64,000 nucleotides of DNA, taken from Octopus sinensis. Lineage: Eukaryota. Within the stretch, counting starts at the first letter, position 1, and every line of letters starts with the position of its first letter. The notes under the pieces were generated by a model that saw nothing but the letters and a program-made list of their open reading frames with translations, searched no databases and had not been told where the DNA came from. Below, one piece after another: positions 11,728 through 25,665 of this stretch. Location: the NCBI RefSeq assembly GCF_006345805.1, contig NC_043014.1, forward strand, positions 33,976,001 through 34,040,000, read 5' to 3'. The position numbers and the translations under genes are program-made.

Positions 11728-14700
11728 AGTACTAGGTGTACAAAGAATAAGTCCTGGGATCGATTTGTTTGGTTAAAGGTGGTGCCCCAGCATGGCTGCA
11801 GTCAAATGACTGAAACAAATAAAAGAATATATGTGTGTGTGTGTAGGTATATAGTTGTATGTATGTGTTTATTATACATGTGTGTATATATCTTGTATAT
11901 ACTGTGTGTGTGTGTCTGTGTGATTATATTTAACACAGTGATGAATTTTCAGTATGCTGATCCCTATAATAAAATGAATGTGAACCATTTTATAAATAAA
12001 TGTCAGTGTCACACAATCTATATATTCAAATGACAGCAGACAGGGTTTATGGATTCTGTTCTGAACTGTGTTTGTGTGGCAATGGGAAAAGTAGAAGGAG
12101 TTAAATACTATTGTCTAATTTCAACAAGCCTGCTGAACTTTCACTTTGTTTGCTAAAAGCAAAGAACACCACCACTGCCACCTTCACTGTAAATAAAGAA
12201 GAGAACAAGTTCAAACAAAACTTCTATGTGTTCACACTGCCTGCTAGAGATAGCCAGCAATCAAATTTCCATGAAATCATGCCCTACTGTCATGAAAAAA
12301 GAGGATCCTATTGGATAATATATTCCTAGATAAGATACAATGTAGCTGAAGGAAAATATCTCTGAAAAGCTGTTTGGGACAGTGGATTGAAGGAATTCTT
12401 AGGATATCAAGCAATTGTGTCTTATGGTATCTATCTTGACTTTTTGCATTTTGGATTTAAAATTCCACCTCTGTCACTAGCTTTCAGGTTGAAAGATATG
12501 GGTCCTCCAGGACCCTTTTAGCTATGATAGGACTCTAATATGTGTCCTATGATGTGCCCAATTGTAGCGGCTCTTCAGTTGCATCAATAACAGGAGCGGG
12601 CCTTGTACTTTTTCTTTTTCTTTTTGTTTGAAGAAATGAAAATTCTTTATTTTATTACAACATTTAAATACAAAGAAACAGGAAAGAAAAAGAAAGAAAT
12701 TGGGTGGGGGGAGTAAAGTAGCAGAAGATGGAGGGAGAGTGATAGGCCACATGCTCGTGAGGTTGTGAGTTCGAATCCCAGACCGGGCTGCATGTTGTGT
12801 TCTTGAGCAAGACACTTTTTTTTCACGTTGCTCCAGTTCACTCAGCTGTAGAAATGAGTTGCGACATCACAGGTGCCAAGCTGTATCGGCCTTTGCCTTT
12901 TCCTTGGATAATATTAGTGGCGTGGAGAGGGGAGGCTGGTATGCATGGGCGACTGCTGGTCTTCCATAAACAACATTGCCCGGACTTGTGCTTGGGAGGG
13001 TAACTTTCTAGGTGCAATCCCACAGTCAGTCATAACCAAAGGGGGTCTCAATCTTGTAGTTATGAGATTTTGATGATGTGATTTGTCTATTTTTAGAATA
13101 AGATTGCAGATAACAAGATGTGAGAATCCAGGTCTGGACAGTTTGAACATAAAAATAGGTAGAATATTTGGGCCGGATATGGTTGGTTTAAATGCTAAAG
13201 GGTTGATTGGTCATGATGATAATGATGAAGATTTTAACTCTGGAGAAACCACATGTCCAGACAGTTGCACTGCAACCCATACTGCCTCATCTATTATATA
13301 AAATCCATTCTGTCTGTCTGTGTGTGTGTCTTCTGGGATCTCGGGCATTCTCCATCCGATTGCGCTCAAATTTGATATGTAGATACTGACGGTATCAGGG
13401 TGTGTATAAGTCTTGAAAAAATTACAAAAATCGATTCCAGGTGAGAATGCGATCGATAAAGCATTCTTTGGAATAGAAAAAAAGTCTATCGTTATTTCTT
13501 CTTTTGCTGGTGTCTCAAATTTAGGTTAAATCAGTGTTTCTCAAAGGGGAGGCCTATGGGATGGTCATACAAGTTGTTTTGAGAAAATTTGGTTTAAATG
13601 TTTGGCAAGTCAGCACCATCCATTGGACGGTGAGGTGTTTTGCTCGTTAGATATATATATTTAGAGAGACACACACACACACACTCACTCACTCTCTCTC
13701 TCTCTTTCTCATATACTGCTTTTATTGGTGATTAAATTTGTACAATCAATTAATTAGGAACCCCCTAATTAATTGTTTAGTAACTTATAAATGAGGTCAT
13801 ATTAAATTAATATATGGTAAATGAATTATTAATATGGCAAATTTCTGTACCATAACAGAGAAAGCTGCTTATTAATTAGTTTGTATTATTAATTATGTAG
13901 TAAATACTTCAGTTAAATAATTATCTCTTGATATGTGTGCAGGTCCCACCTATGTATGCAACGCGTGATAATACCCCTACCACACCCTGGATATAACACT
14001 CTAATTGGGTATATATGTGAATGTGGATTAAATATGTTTGTATGTAGTCTCTTGTTTAATTGGTGACCAAACTTCTGACATTTTTCTATACAGTTGACAG
14101 ACATGTCTAGAGCACCAGGCATCTGAACCACTGCTGTTTAGCCTTTATCTGTAAGCCCCCACCTCACTCCACCCCACCACCTGCTGTATATTAAAGGTGG
14201 CCTACAAACAGTTCACTGTCTTGCTATTCATGTTAGCGTTTTTTTTTACTGGTAATTGCCATGCATAGTTGTGTTATATATTTACAATATTGTTTATTGT
14301 TTTGCAACAATAACTCTTACCTGTTAGTTGCATGATTTGGCTGGCTGGTTAGGTTTTGTGAAGTGGTTTGGCTGCCAGTCATTGTTCATTTATCTGTCTA
14401 TCTACCTGTGTGTATGTGTAGCAATTATTGAGTGGTGGCATCATTGGTTACAGATTTTCAACAAACGGTATTCACTGGTTCACTGCAGTGAAAGTAACAA
14501 GGGAGTGTCTATATACTGTATACAGAACAAATTTCACAAAGGACTTCATTTGAATCCATCCCCCCAGATATACTCTTCTACTACTACTACTAATAATAAT
14601 AATAATTGGAAGTGTTATCATTAACTGATTGGAAGGGTTATCATGTACATTGTTTTGTCTTGGTATAAAAGATGGGCTACAGCAAATATTCTGCTCAATA

Positions 14701-17700
14701 CCACTGATTTGCTTGTCAGTTGTTTGACCTTAACCAGTTGACCATGTCCCTTAGTGGCTGATGATATGTGCATCTCTGATCACGAGCAGAAGTAGTGGGG
14801 GAGCATCATAGCCATGTGTTGAAAGGAATTCTTAGAGGTTTGGATAATTCACCTTTGGAAACATGGGTGGTTCGTTCAACATCCTTAAACAACCCTTATT
14901 CAGGCACCTTTTGAGCGGGATGGGTTACTTGATCAGAAGAAAATTCTAACTGGGCCCCATCTGCAAGGTCATGCGCTGTTTATCTTGATATGAAATCATG
15001 TCGCGCACATGGTTGTGATGCATGTGCCTGGTGTACTCTTATCAGACGGGTGGTCATGGTGGGTATATTGGGCTTCGTATATTTGTGCCCCAGTGTTACT
15101 TTGATGGCATGCACTGCTCTCTCACTAAATGATAATTTCTACTATAGGCACAAGAGCCTGAAATTTCAGGGGACTAGTTGATTACGTCGACCCCGGTGCT
15201 CAGGTGGTACTTATTTTATCGAGCCCAAAAGGATAAATGGCAAAGTTGACCCCAGCAGAATTTGAACTTAGAATGTAAAGACGGATGAAATGCCATTAAG
15301 CATTTTACCCAACAGCTCACTGCCTTAAAATAATAAAAATAATAATAACAATAATAATCATTTCTACTAAAGGCACAAGGCCTGAAATTTTGGGGGAGGG
15401 CACTAGTCAATTACATCAATCCCAGTGTTTCACTGGTACTTAATTTATTGACCCTGAAAGGATGAAAGGCAAAGTCAAGCTCAGCAGAATTTGAACTCTG
15501 AACATAAAGATGGACAAAATGCTGCTAAGCATTTTGTCAGCTCACCACCTTGATGATAATAATAATAATTATAATTTCTTATAATAAGCACAGAACCAGG
15601 AATTTGGTAGGCGGGAGCAGTTGATTAGATCAACCCCAGTACTTAACTAGTACTTAGTTTTATTGGCCTCAGTAATATTACTTCTTAACCCCACCCCCTC
15701 CCCGCCCTCCTCACCCAGTGCTTATTAGTTATTCATTTTATCAACCCTGGAAGGATGAAAGGAGGTAAAGTTCACCCCAGCAAGATTTGAACTTGCAATA
15801 TATATTTCTTTACTACCCACAAGGGGCTAAACATAGAGGGGACAAACAAGGACGGACAAAGAGATTAAGTCGATTACATCGACCCCAGTGCATAACTGGT
15901 ACTTAATTTATCGACCCCGAAAGGATGAAAGGTAAAGTCGACCTCGACGGAATTTGAACTCAGAACGTAACGGCAGACGAAATACGGCTACGCATTTCGC
16001 CCGGCGTGCTAACGTTTCTGCCAGCTAGAGAGCCAGAAATAAATACAATGTCTATGTGCAAGTATGAATGGGAGTGTGTGTGTGTGTGTATCTGTCTGTG
16101 TGCATGTCTGTAGTGGGAAAGCTACTGGTTTTGTACCTTAACATTCTTAGGCTGAAAAGTTGAGTTATGAAGGGGGTGGGGTACTTGTTGTAGTTGTGTC
16201 TTTCTCTCTGGCTCTTCCCCTCCCCATCTGACTCAGTCATTTATTTATTCCTGTGATATTCTTGTTTGTTATTCCAGCTTGCTCTCATCCAAACCCAGAC
16301 TGTGATTGATGCTCTGAAGGGGAAATGTGACGATGAAATCACGATAGGTATGTTATCTCTTTATGCACTTGTCTCTACACACATATGCACATGCAAACAC
16401 AGGTGTGTTCTCACACAGGGAAACGCATATATACACACGCACATCCTCTTCATATAGGCATACACATGTGATCTTTTAAGTAGATTGCCCAAACCTTCAC
16501 ACCTTTCTGACAAATGTGCAGTATGGTCCTCAAGTAAACAAAACAGATCTATAACATACCCAGAGGTATGGATCAGTGAACAGGACCGAATTGCTCCAAC
16601 AAATGTCTACTTGATTAAAACTAAAATAAAATAAATAAACACACCCTTTTAAAGCCTAGCCAGGCTCATGGGCCCGGTTTCCCAGTTTCTATGGCGTATG
16701 TGTTACCCAGCTGGACGGGATGCCAGTCCATCGCAGTATTATTTTTGCTAGCTGAGTGGACTGGAGCAACGTGAAATGAAGAGTTTTGCTCAAGAACACA
16801 ACGTGTCGCCCGGTCCAGGAATCGAAACCACAATCTTACAATCATGATGCTGACACTGTAACTACTAAGCCACACACCTTCACTGATTAAAACTAACCTG
16901 GGACAGAAAACAAAAGCAAGAATATCATTCCATGCACACACACACACACGTTTTATATATATATATATATACATAAGTTGTAATAATGAAGTGAAACCAA
17001 ATAGTGATATTTTGAAATCATTTAATATGTATGTTTTAGGTCTGTGTGATGTCAAACCTTCCTTAGTTAAATTATATGCACTTTCTGACAAGTTGTGGTG
17101 CACCTGAGCACTGTATACAATAATTTCATTATTATTATAGAATTACAATGTAATGATCTATATTTTTTTTTACATAAGATTTTGCTGGGAAACTTATAAA
17201 TTAACATATATATATGTATAAACAGTCCAATAATGTGTAAAGTTAATAAAAGAAAATGGAGAGTAAAATATTTATATATTGTTTGGATTCTGAAAGGGCA
17301 TTTTGTGTCAGCTTTTTTTTCTCCTTTGTTACACAAACACACACACATGCACATAATTATTTCTCTTCTTTTTCCATATGTACCATAGTGAAGAAAGATA
17401 CTATAGGAGACAAAAATCTGGATAATCCCTTATATGCAGTAAGTTGACATTTTCAGTTCACCTTGTCTCCTTTGTTTCATAAATACTTTGATAAATTTTG
17501 TTTTGTTTTATTGTGGACTTGCCTGACAGACAGTGCTACAGTTCTCCCACTTATACTCTGATTCATAGTTAATCTATCACCATTATTTTCTTCACAATGT
17601 TTGTTATCAGTCTTTCAAATAGCCCTCATAAATATTGTCATTTATCTTGGTTTTCTCTGTCTGTCACTGAACCTTAATTCTTGAGACAAATACAGGAGGA

Positions 17701-20700
17701 GGTGGGGGATATCACTGGAAAATTTGGGAGGGTGTTAAGAATGAGATATGGCAGTCATAAGATGTAAGGTGATCAGTGGAAAATAAAATGGAAAACACCC
17801 ACTACACTCACGGAGTGGTTGGCGTTAGGAAGGGCATCCAACTGTAGAAACACTGCCAAATCAGACTGGAGCCTGGTACAGCCTCCATGGCTTACCAGAC
17901 TGGTCGTACCGTCCAATCCATGCTAGCATGGAAAACGGACGTTAAATGATGATGATGATGGTATTGAGAATAAGGGATGGATGCTAAAAACAAATGATTC
18001 CAAGGAGAGAATGAAATAGGTTGTAGTACAAAAGGGAATGAAATATGTGCAGTTTTACAACAGTTGAGTGAAGGTGCATTGCTTATTGTTAGGGTATTCA
18101 ATTTATGATTGTATAGCCATGAGTTCAATTCCCAGCAGTGTGTTGGGTCCTTGAGCAAAATACTTTATTTCACTTTACTCCAGTCCATTCAGTTGGTAAA
18201 AATGAGTTGTACCTGTATACCAAAGGGTCAGCCTTGTCACATTCTGTATCACATTGAATCTCTCTGAGAAGTACATTAAGGGTACATGTGTCTGGAGTGT
18301 TCTGCCTCTTGCACATTAATTTCACAAGCAAGCTGTTCCATTGATTGGATCATCTTGATCATCTGTCATTGTAACTAATGAAATGCCAGTATTTTTCTAC
18401 AGCAGCTGAATAGTGTCATAGTTAGGAGGGTGATGGTAGAGATGTGTGTTAGGAAGGCTTAACCACAATTCTGTTTTTATATATTTCTATTCTGTTATAC
18501 ATACTCCACAATTATAATTCTAATCTGTTATAAATACTCAATAATTATAATCTGTTATATACACTCTGTAATTCTATATTGTATACACACACACCACATT
18601 TCTATTTCATCACATTATAATCCAGTGTTTTCCCTTTTATTCTTATCTATTCTGTTTCACTTGTTCTTTCCTTTTTGTTCCTCTCCTCAATCATTAACTA
18701 ACAATTTTCTCCAACTTCAGATAGATTCCAAGAACCTTTTCACCAAGGAACTCGAAGATGCTTTATTAAACGGAGATGTTGATTTTCTTGTTCATTCATT
18801 AAAAGACCTTCCTACTTGTCTTGATGATCGGTTTGTCGTGGCAGCTATCCTGAAGTGAGTTCTTTGTTATTGTAAAATTTTATGAAACGATAGTTACATG
18901 AAATATTGAAGTGATGCCTTTGGGTTATTATAGTAAGTTAAGTTAAGTTAATTTTTTGGCTCAAAAAGCAAAAAGCAAGGCCATGTAGGGGGACATGGAG
19001 TTATGTACAGGGAGGGTGTTCATGCAAAGAGTTCAGGCCATTTCTGGTCAAGAGAGACTTTGAACCGAGTGGTCGTCGGCATCTTCACTATCACGTCCGG
19101 CAGCTTATTCCACAGATCCGCAACCCGGACGGAGAAAGCCCCTCTCCTTCGATTGAGATGAAATTGTCGCAGATAGAGCTTTTTGGAGTGACCCCGCAGC
19201 CGACGCTCTGGAGCAGGAGTGAAAAACAGCTCTTTCGAGTAATTTGCTGTGTACTTATAGTACATTGTGTATTGTTGTATAGTACAGTATATCATCATCA
19301 TCATCATCTTTGAACATTCGTTCTCCATGCTAGTTACATGAAATATTGTTTTTGAGTTTTGGCACAAGGCCAGCAATTTCAAGGCAAGGGTAGGTTAATT
19401 AGATCAACTCCAGTGATCAACTGATACTTATTTTATCATCTTTGAAAGGATTGGAGCCTGGTGCAGCTATCTGGTTTGCCAGTCCTCAGTCAAATCGTCC
19501 AACCCATGCTAGCATGGAAAGCGGACGTTAAACGATTATGATGATGAATTTATTAAGTATCTTTAACATACAACTAATATATGCTTTTGTTCTGATTGTA
19601 CACATAATTTCCATTTGATTTATTTTTCTTCTTTTTTAGACGAGACAGTCCTTACGATGCCCTTGTTATGCACCGCTCTTCAGATTGCAAGGATTTGGCA
19701 TTGCTACCTCCTGGAAGGTACATTTTCTTGTCAACTTTCATCTTTTCCATTTACAAATACTTTTACTACCAGTTTGTATATAATATTCATTGGTTAAGAC
19801 TGCTTCAATCAATCACTCAATCATTTTCTGTTTTTAACCCTTTATCATTCAGATTACTCTGTCAAACATTGATTACTTATTCAAATTGGTTTGAATTAAT
19901 CATGTATTATCCCATAGCTTTGAGATTAGAGGTCAATGATGTGCTTGAATATTTTTAGAATGACATTGTATAGTAGGAGTGAAGGCTGAATTTGGCCAGT
20001 TTGAATATAAAACATGTAGAATATTTGTGCCCGTGCTAGTAGGGTGCCAAGAGCACCATCCGAGCGTGATCGTTGCCAGAGCAGCCAACTGGCTTCGTGC
20101 CAGTGGCACGTAAAAGGGCACCATTTGAGTGTGATCATTACCAACGTTGCCTTACTGGCACCTGTGCCAGTGGCATGTGTAAAAAGATTCGCGCAAGGTC
20201 ATTGCCAGTACCTCCTGACTGGCCCCCATGCCGGTGGCACATAAAAAGCACCCACTACACTCTCAGAGTGGTTAGCGTTAGGAAGGGCATCCAGCTGTAG
20301 AAAATCTGCCAGATCAAGATTGGAGCCTGGTGTGGCCGTCTGATTCATCAGCCCTCAGTCAAAATCGTCTGACCCATGCTAGCATGGAAAGCGGACGTTA
20401 AATGTTGATGATGATGGCTGGTTTCAATGCTAATGGGTTAAATTTTATGCCAGTGACACATAAAAGGCAGCCATGCTGGCAACACATAGCAGACACCCAG
20501 TACACTCTATGGAGAGGCTGAGGCCAGGAAGGGCATCCAGCTGTAGAAACCAAGCCAAAACAGGCTGGAGCCTGATGCAGCTCTCTGGCTCACCATCTCC
20601 AGTCAAACCATCTTACCCATACCAGTATGGAAAATGAACACTAAATGATGGCAACGATTTAAATGCTGTCTAATGGCAGTAAAATGAAGGTTTCAGAAAA

Positions 20701-23700
20701 AGTTGTCAATGTTGTCCTGAATATGACACAGGCAAATCTAAAGACACATTGTTCAGTAAATGCAACAGTAATAATAAAATCAACCAGCAACAAGCTTGGT
20801 ATACTGTGGTGGATCATTGTACAATATGTAATGACTGCATTGTTAGATACTGTTTATATTATGGTAGCTAACTGTATGACATGGTGAACATGGTATCAGA
20901 TATTGTTATACTGTAGGTGCTGGTGGGGCTGTGTGGTAAGAATCTTGCTTCCCAACCACATGTTTCTAGGTTCAGTCCCACTATGTAGCACCTTAGGCAA
21001 GTGTCTTCTACTATAGCTTTAGGCTGTCTAAAGCCTTGTGAATGGGTTTGGTAGATGGAAACTGAAAAAAGCCCATCATATGTATGTGTGTGTGCAGGCA
21101 TGGTTGTGTGGTAAGAAGCCCATTATATATATATATATATATATAATATATGTATGTGTGTGTGTTTTTGCATCTGTGTTCACATCCCCATAACTTAGCA
21201 GTTTGGCAAAAGAGAGCAATGAAATAAGTAGCAGACTTTTAAAAAAAAGTGAGTACTGAGGTTGTTTCATTTCACTAAAAATTCCTCAAGGCAGTGCCAC
21301 AGCATGGCCACAGTCTAATGGCTGAAACAAGTAAAAGATAAAAGATATAGTAGAATGCATAGATAGGCATGTGTGTGTGAGTGTTTGGGTGAATGTGAAG
21401 AGATGATAAGTGGTTCTAAAGCAACAGATATATTTAAATTCACTGTAATGGTGTTTAATTATTGAATATTTGTAGATGGTAGCATGTTGGATTACGATCT
21501 GGTTTAAACTGGTTCTCATGTCTTTATCTTTTACTTGATTCAGCCATTGAATTGTGGCCATGCTGGGGCACTACCTTGAAGGGTTTAGTCAAACAACTCA
21601 ACCTCATTATTTACATTTGACGGATATTTGTCCTCATCTTGTTTGTTATTAACACAATGTTTCGGCTGATATACCCTCCAGCCTTCATCAGAAGAAAATT
21701 TTTTTTAAAAACCCCACCTGATGAAGGCTGGAGGGTATATCAGCCGAAACATTGTGTTAACAACAAACAAGATGAGGACAAATATCCATCAAATGTAAAT
21801 AATGTACATAATTCCTCATCTCTTAAATATAGAACTGATCTCAGCCTTAATACTTATTTTTAAGTCTGGTACTTATTGTATCAGTCTCTTTTGCTGAACT
21901 GCTAAGTTGCAGGGATATAAACAACTGATGTTGTCCAGTGGTGGTTGGGGTAACAAACACGAACACACACATACACATGATGGATTTCTTTGCAGTTTCT
22001 GGGGAGAATTCGTACTCCTCCACTTTTATAAATCTGTGACTGTGTTCCTATGTAAGAAAGGTATGGAGGCCTGTAGCTTAGTGGTTAGGGTATATGGCTC
22101 ATAATTGTAAGGTCAAGAGTTCAATTCTAAGCAGCATGTTATGTCCTTGAGCAAGACTTTTTGTTTCTTGTGGCTTCAGTCCACTCAGCTGGCAAGAATG
22201 AGTTGTACCTGCATTTCAAAGGCTCAGCTTTGTCCCATTCTGTGTCACACTGAATCTCCCTGAGAACTATTTGAAAGGTACACGTGTCTGTGGAGTGCTC
22301 AGCCACTTGCACATTATTTTCACTTACAAGTAAGCACCAGTCATATACTGGGAGAATTTGATTCGTACTCCTCCACTTTTATAAATATGTGACTGTATTC
22401 CTGTGTAAGAAAGGCATGGAGACATGTAGCTTAGTGGTTAAGGTATGTGGCTCATGATAGTAAGGTTCTGGGTTCAATTCCCAGCAGCATGTGTCCTTGT
22501 GCAAGACACCTTATTTCAGCTGGTAAAAATGAGTAGTACCTGTATTTCAAAGAGCGAGCCTTGTCACATTCTGTGTTACACTGAATCTCCCTGAGAACTA
22601 CTTGAAGTGTACAGATATCCGTGGAGTACTCAGCCACTTGCATGTTAATTTCATGAGCAGGCTGTTCTATTGATCAAATCAACTGGAACACTCATCCTCA
22701 TAACCAATGGAGTGCCAGTTAAGAAATCATCGTCTTAGCCAAGTTCTCCAATGGAATGTCTTCTAGATAATCATCGTTATTGTTGTCATTTAGTACCAGA
22801 TCATTCCTTATTAAACATATAATCCTATGAGCAGGAGTGGCTGTGTGGTAAATAGCTTGCTAACCAACCACATGGTTCCAGGTTCAGTCCCACTGCGTGG
22901 CATCTTGGGCAAGTGTCTTCTGCTATAGCCCCAGGCTGACCAACGCCTTGTGAGTGGATTTGGTAGATGGAAACTGAAAGAAGCCTGTTGTATATATGTA
23001 TGTGTTTGTCCACCTAGCATTGCTTGACAACCGATGCTGGTGTGTTTACGTCTCTGTCACTTAGCGGTTTGGCAAAAGAGACCGATAGAATAAGTACTGG
23101 GCTTACAAAAAATAAGTCCCGGGGTCGATTTGCTTGACTAATGGCGGTGCTCCAGCATGGCCACAGTCAAATGACTGAAACAAGTAAAAGAGAAAGAAAG
23201 AGATGAGCAAAAGCATTCCATTTGTGATAATTTAATTCTTTTCTAAGATAGTAAGGAATATTTAGCTGCTATTTCTTGTAGGTTGAGTCACAGTGTAAAT
23301 GTCCTCTCATTTTTTGCTTTCACCAATTTGTTAACTCATGTTAAAGTCTGTTATTATATTACAGTGTCATAGGTACCAGTTCACTACGGAGAATTGCCCA
23401 GCTCAAGCGTAAATATCCACACTTAGTCTTTGAAAGTATTGTATCCTTTGGACATTCGTTTGTCATTTATTCTTTTATTTATTTGTTGTTTATTGTTTGT
23501 TGTCTTTGTTTTATTGTGTTGTTGTTTTTTGGCTCTGTGTTATACTTGATCAAGTAGACCGCCAACCAAAGGCATATCAGTTGTGATAATCCCACTTTTT
23601 TTTTTTGCTAGGTATATTGTGTCCTAGCCATCCTTATTTAGTGTGTGTTTTAATTTGCTAGAAAAAAATTTGTGATCAAATCTGTTTCACTTGTGACCAT

Positions 23701-25587
23701 AGTATATCTAGGACTACAGTATACAATATATCTTTCACAGTTAAGTTTACTTTGACTCTCAGTTTTGGCTGCTATTTCTTGCAGTCATGGTGACCACATA
23801 GAAGCTCATGCTTTGACTTGATATTGTTTAGCCTCAGATAAGCTTTGAACATGAAGAACTATGGTCAGAGCTTATCAAATCATTACAGTACCTATTTCTT
23901 TACTACCCACAAGGGGCTAAACACTGAGGGGACAAACAAGGACAGACTAACGGATCAAGTCGATTATATCGACCCCAGTGCGTAACTGGTACTTAATTTA
24001 TTGACTCCGAAAGGATGACAGGCAAAGTCGACCTCGGCGGAATTTGAACTCACAACATAACGACAAACGAAAAACGGCTACACATTTCGCCCGGCGTGCT
24101 AACATTTCTGCCAGCTCGCAGCCTTAAATCATCACAGTACCATCTACTTTACAGACAAAATGTATTTTGGATTTCAATACCAAATGTGGTCTTCCATTCT
24201 GAAGACAGAGGGAAGTGATTTGTGGGAGAATTAGCTGCTTTCTTTGCAGGTCTACTGACCATGTAGAAGCTGCCTTGTTGACTCAATATGTAATTGGTTT
24301 TGTGAAGTGAACTGTTGTAGCCCAAGGCCTTAGTTTCTGTTATGTTCTTTTGTTAATCCAGGTAGAGAAGCATCAGTTGAACCCTGTAGCTTCTGTTCTG
24401 TTACTTTACTTGATATTCAGTGAAGTGGTGTGAGTCCAAGCCTGTAGCTTTTTCTTCTGCTATCTTCTGTGTCCATATGTGATTGAAGACTCCTACGAAT
24501 GTTAGCAGTAGAGACATGTAAAGTAGTGTCCGTTCTTGCACAACAGTTGTACTTTCTTCAGATTCAGCAGTGGTTGTTGGCAAACCAATACAACCTAGAC
24601 CTGGCCATGCACTCTAACTTCAAGGAACCCTTACTAGGGTGTCAATGGTACTTATTCTAGGTAGGTAGTCACTCTAGCTTGGTGGTTGGTGTTTTCTACC
24701 CTAGCTCAGTAGTCACTGTTGGTCGCCCTAATTTAGTAGGCACCCTAGGTAGATGGTCAATGTTTGTTACACCAGCTAGGTGATTACTGATGGTCACCCC
24801 GGTTAGGTAATCAAAGTATTTATCACCCTGCCCAAAGCAGAACAGTTAATTATTTATAATCATATCTAGAGTGTTTCCTTAACTATGTTTCCTAGAGAGG
24901 TAACCTGAATACAAGATTTAAAAAACTAGATGAAAACAACACATATAATGCCATGATTCTTGCAGTTGCTGGATTAGACAGGATGAACATGTCTCATCGA
25001 ATAACAAAGGTAAAGAGACCTCTTTTCACACTTTAGCTGTTCACATCAACAATTTAACATTTCATGCCTTGACATTGGTATAATGTCATTTTTAGTTTAA
25101 TTAAATTTTTTTTTCTTCTTTTCACAATAATCAAGGCTGTATGATTAAGAAGTTTGCTTCCCAGCCACAAGGTCTCACGTTCGGTCACTTTATGTGGAAC
25201 CTTGTGCAAGTGTCTTCTAACATAGCCCTGGACTGACCATAGCCTTATGAGTGGATTTTGGAGATTGAAGCTCATTGTATGTGTGTGTGCATGCACTTGT
25301 ATCTTAACTTTGCATGATGGTTGTAAATGAGTGTAATATTATTCATTTCCATTATTTTGTGGAAACCTGTTAGGCCATACTCTTTACTCTTTTACTTGTT
25401 TCTGTCATTTGACTGCGGCCATGCTGGAGCACCACCTTTAGTCGAGCAAATCGACCCTAGGACTTATTATTTGTAAGCCTAGTACTTATTCTATCAGTCT
25501 CTTTTGCCGAACCGCTAAGTTACAAGGACATAAACACACCAGCATTGGTTGTCAAGCGATGTTGGTGGGGGACAAACATATACACAC

Positions 25588-25665
<78 letters not shown>

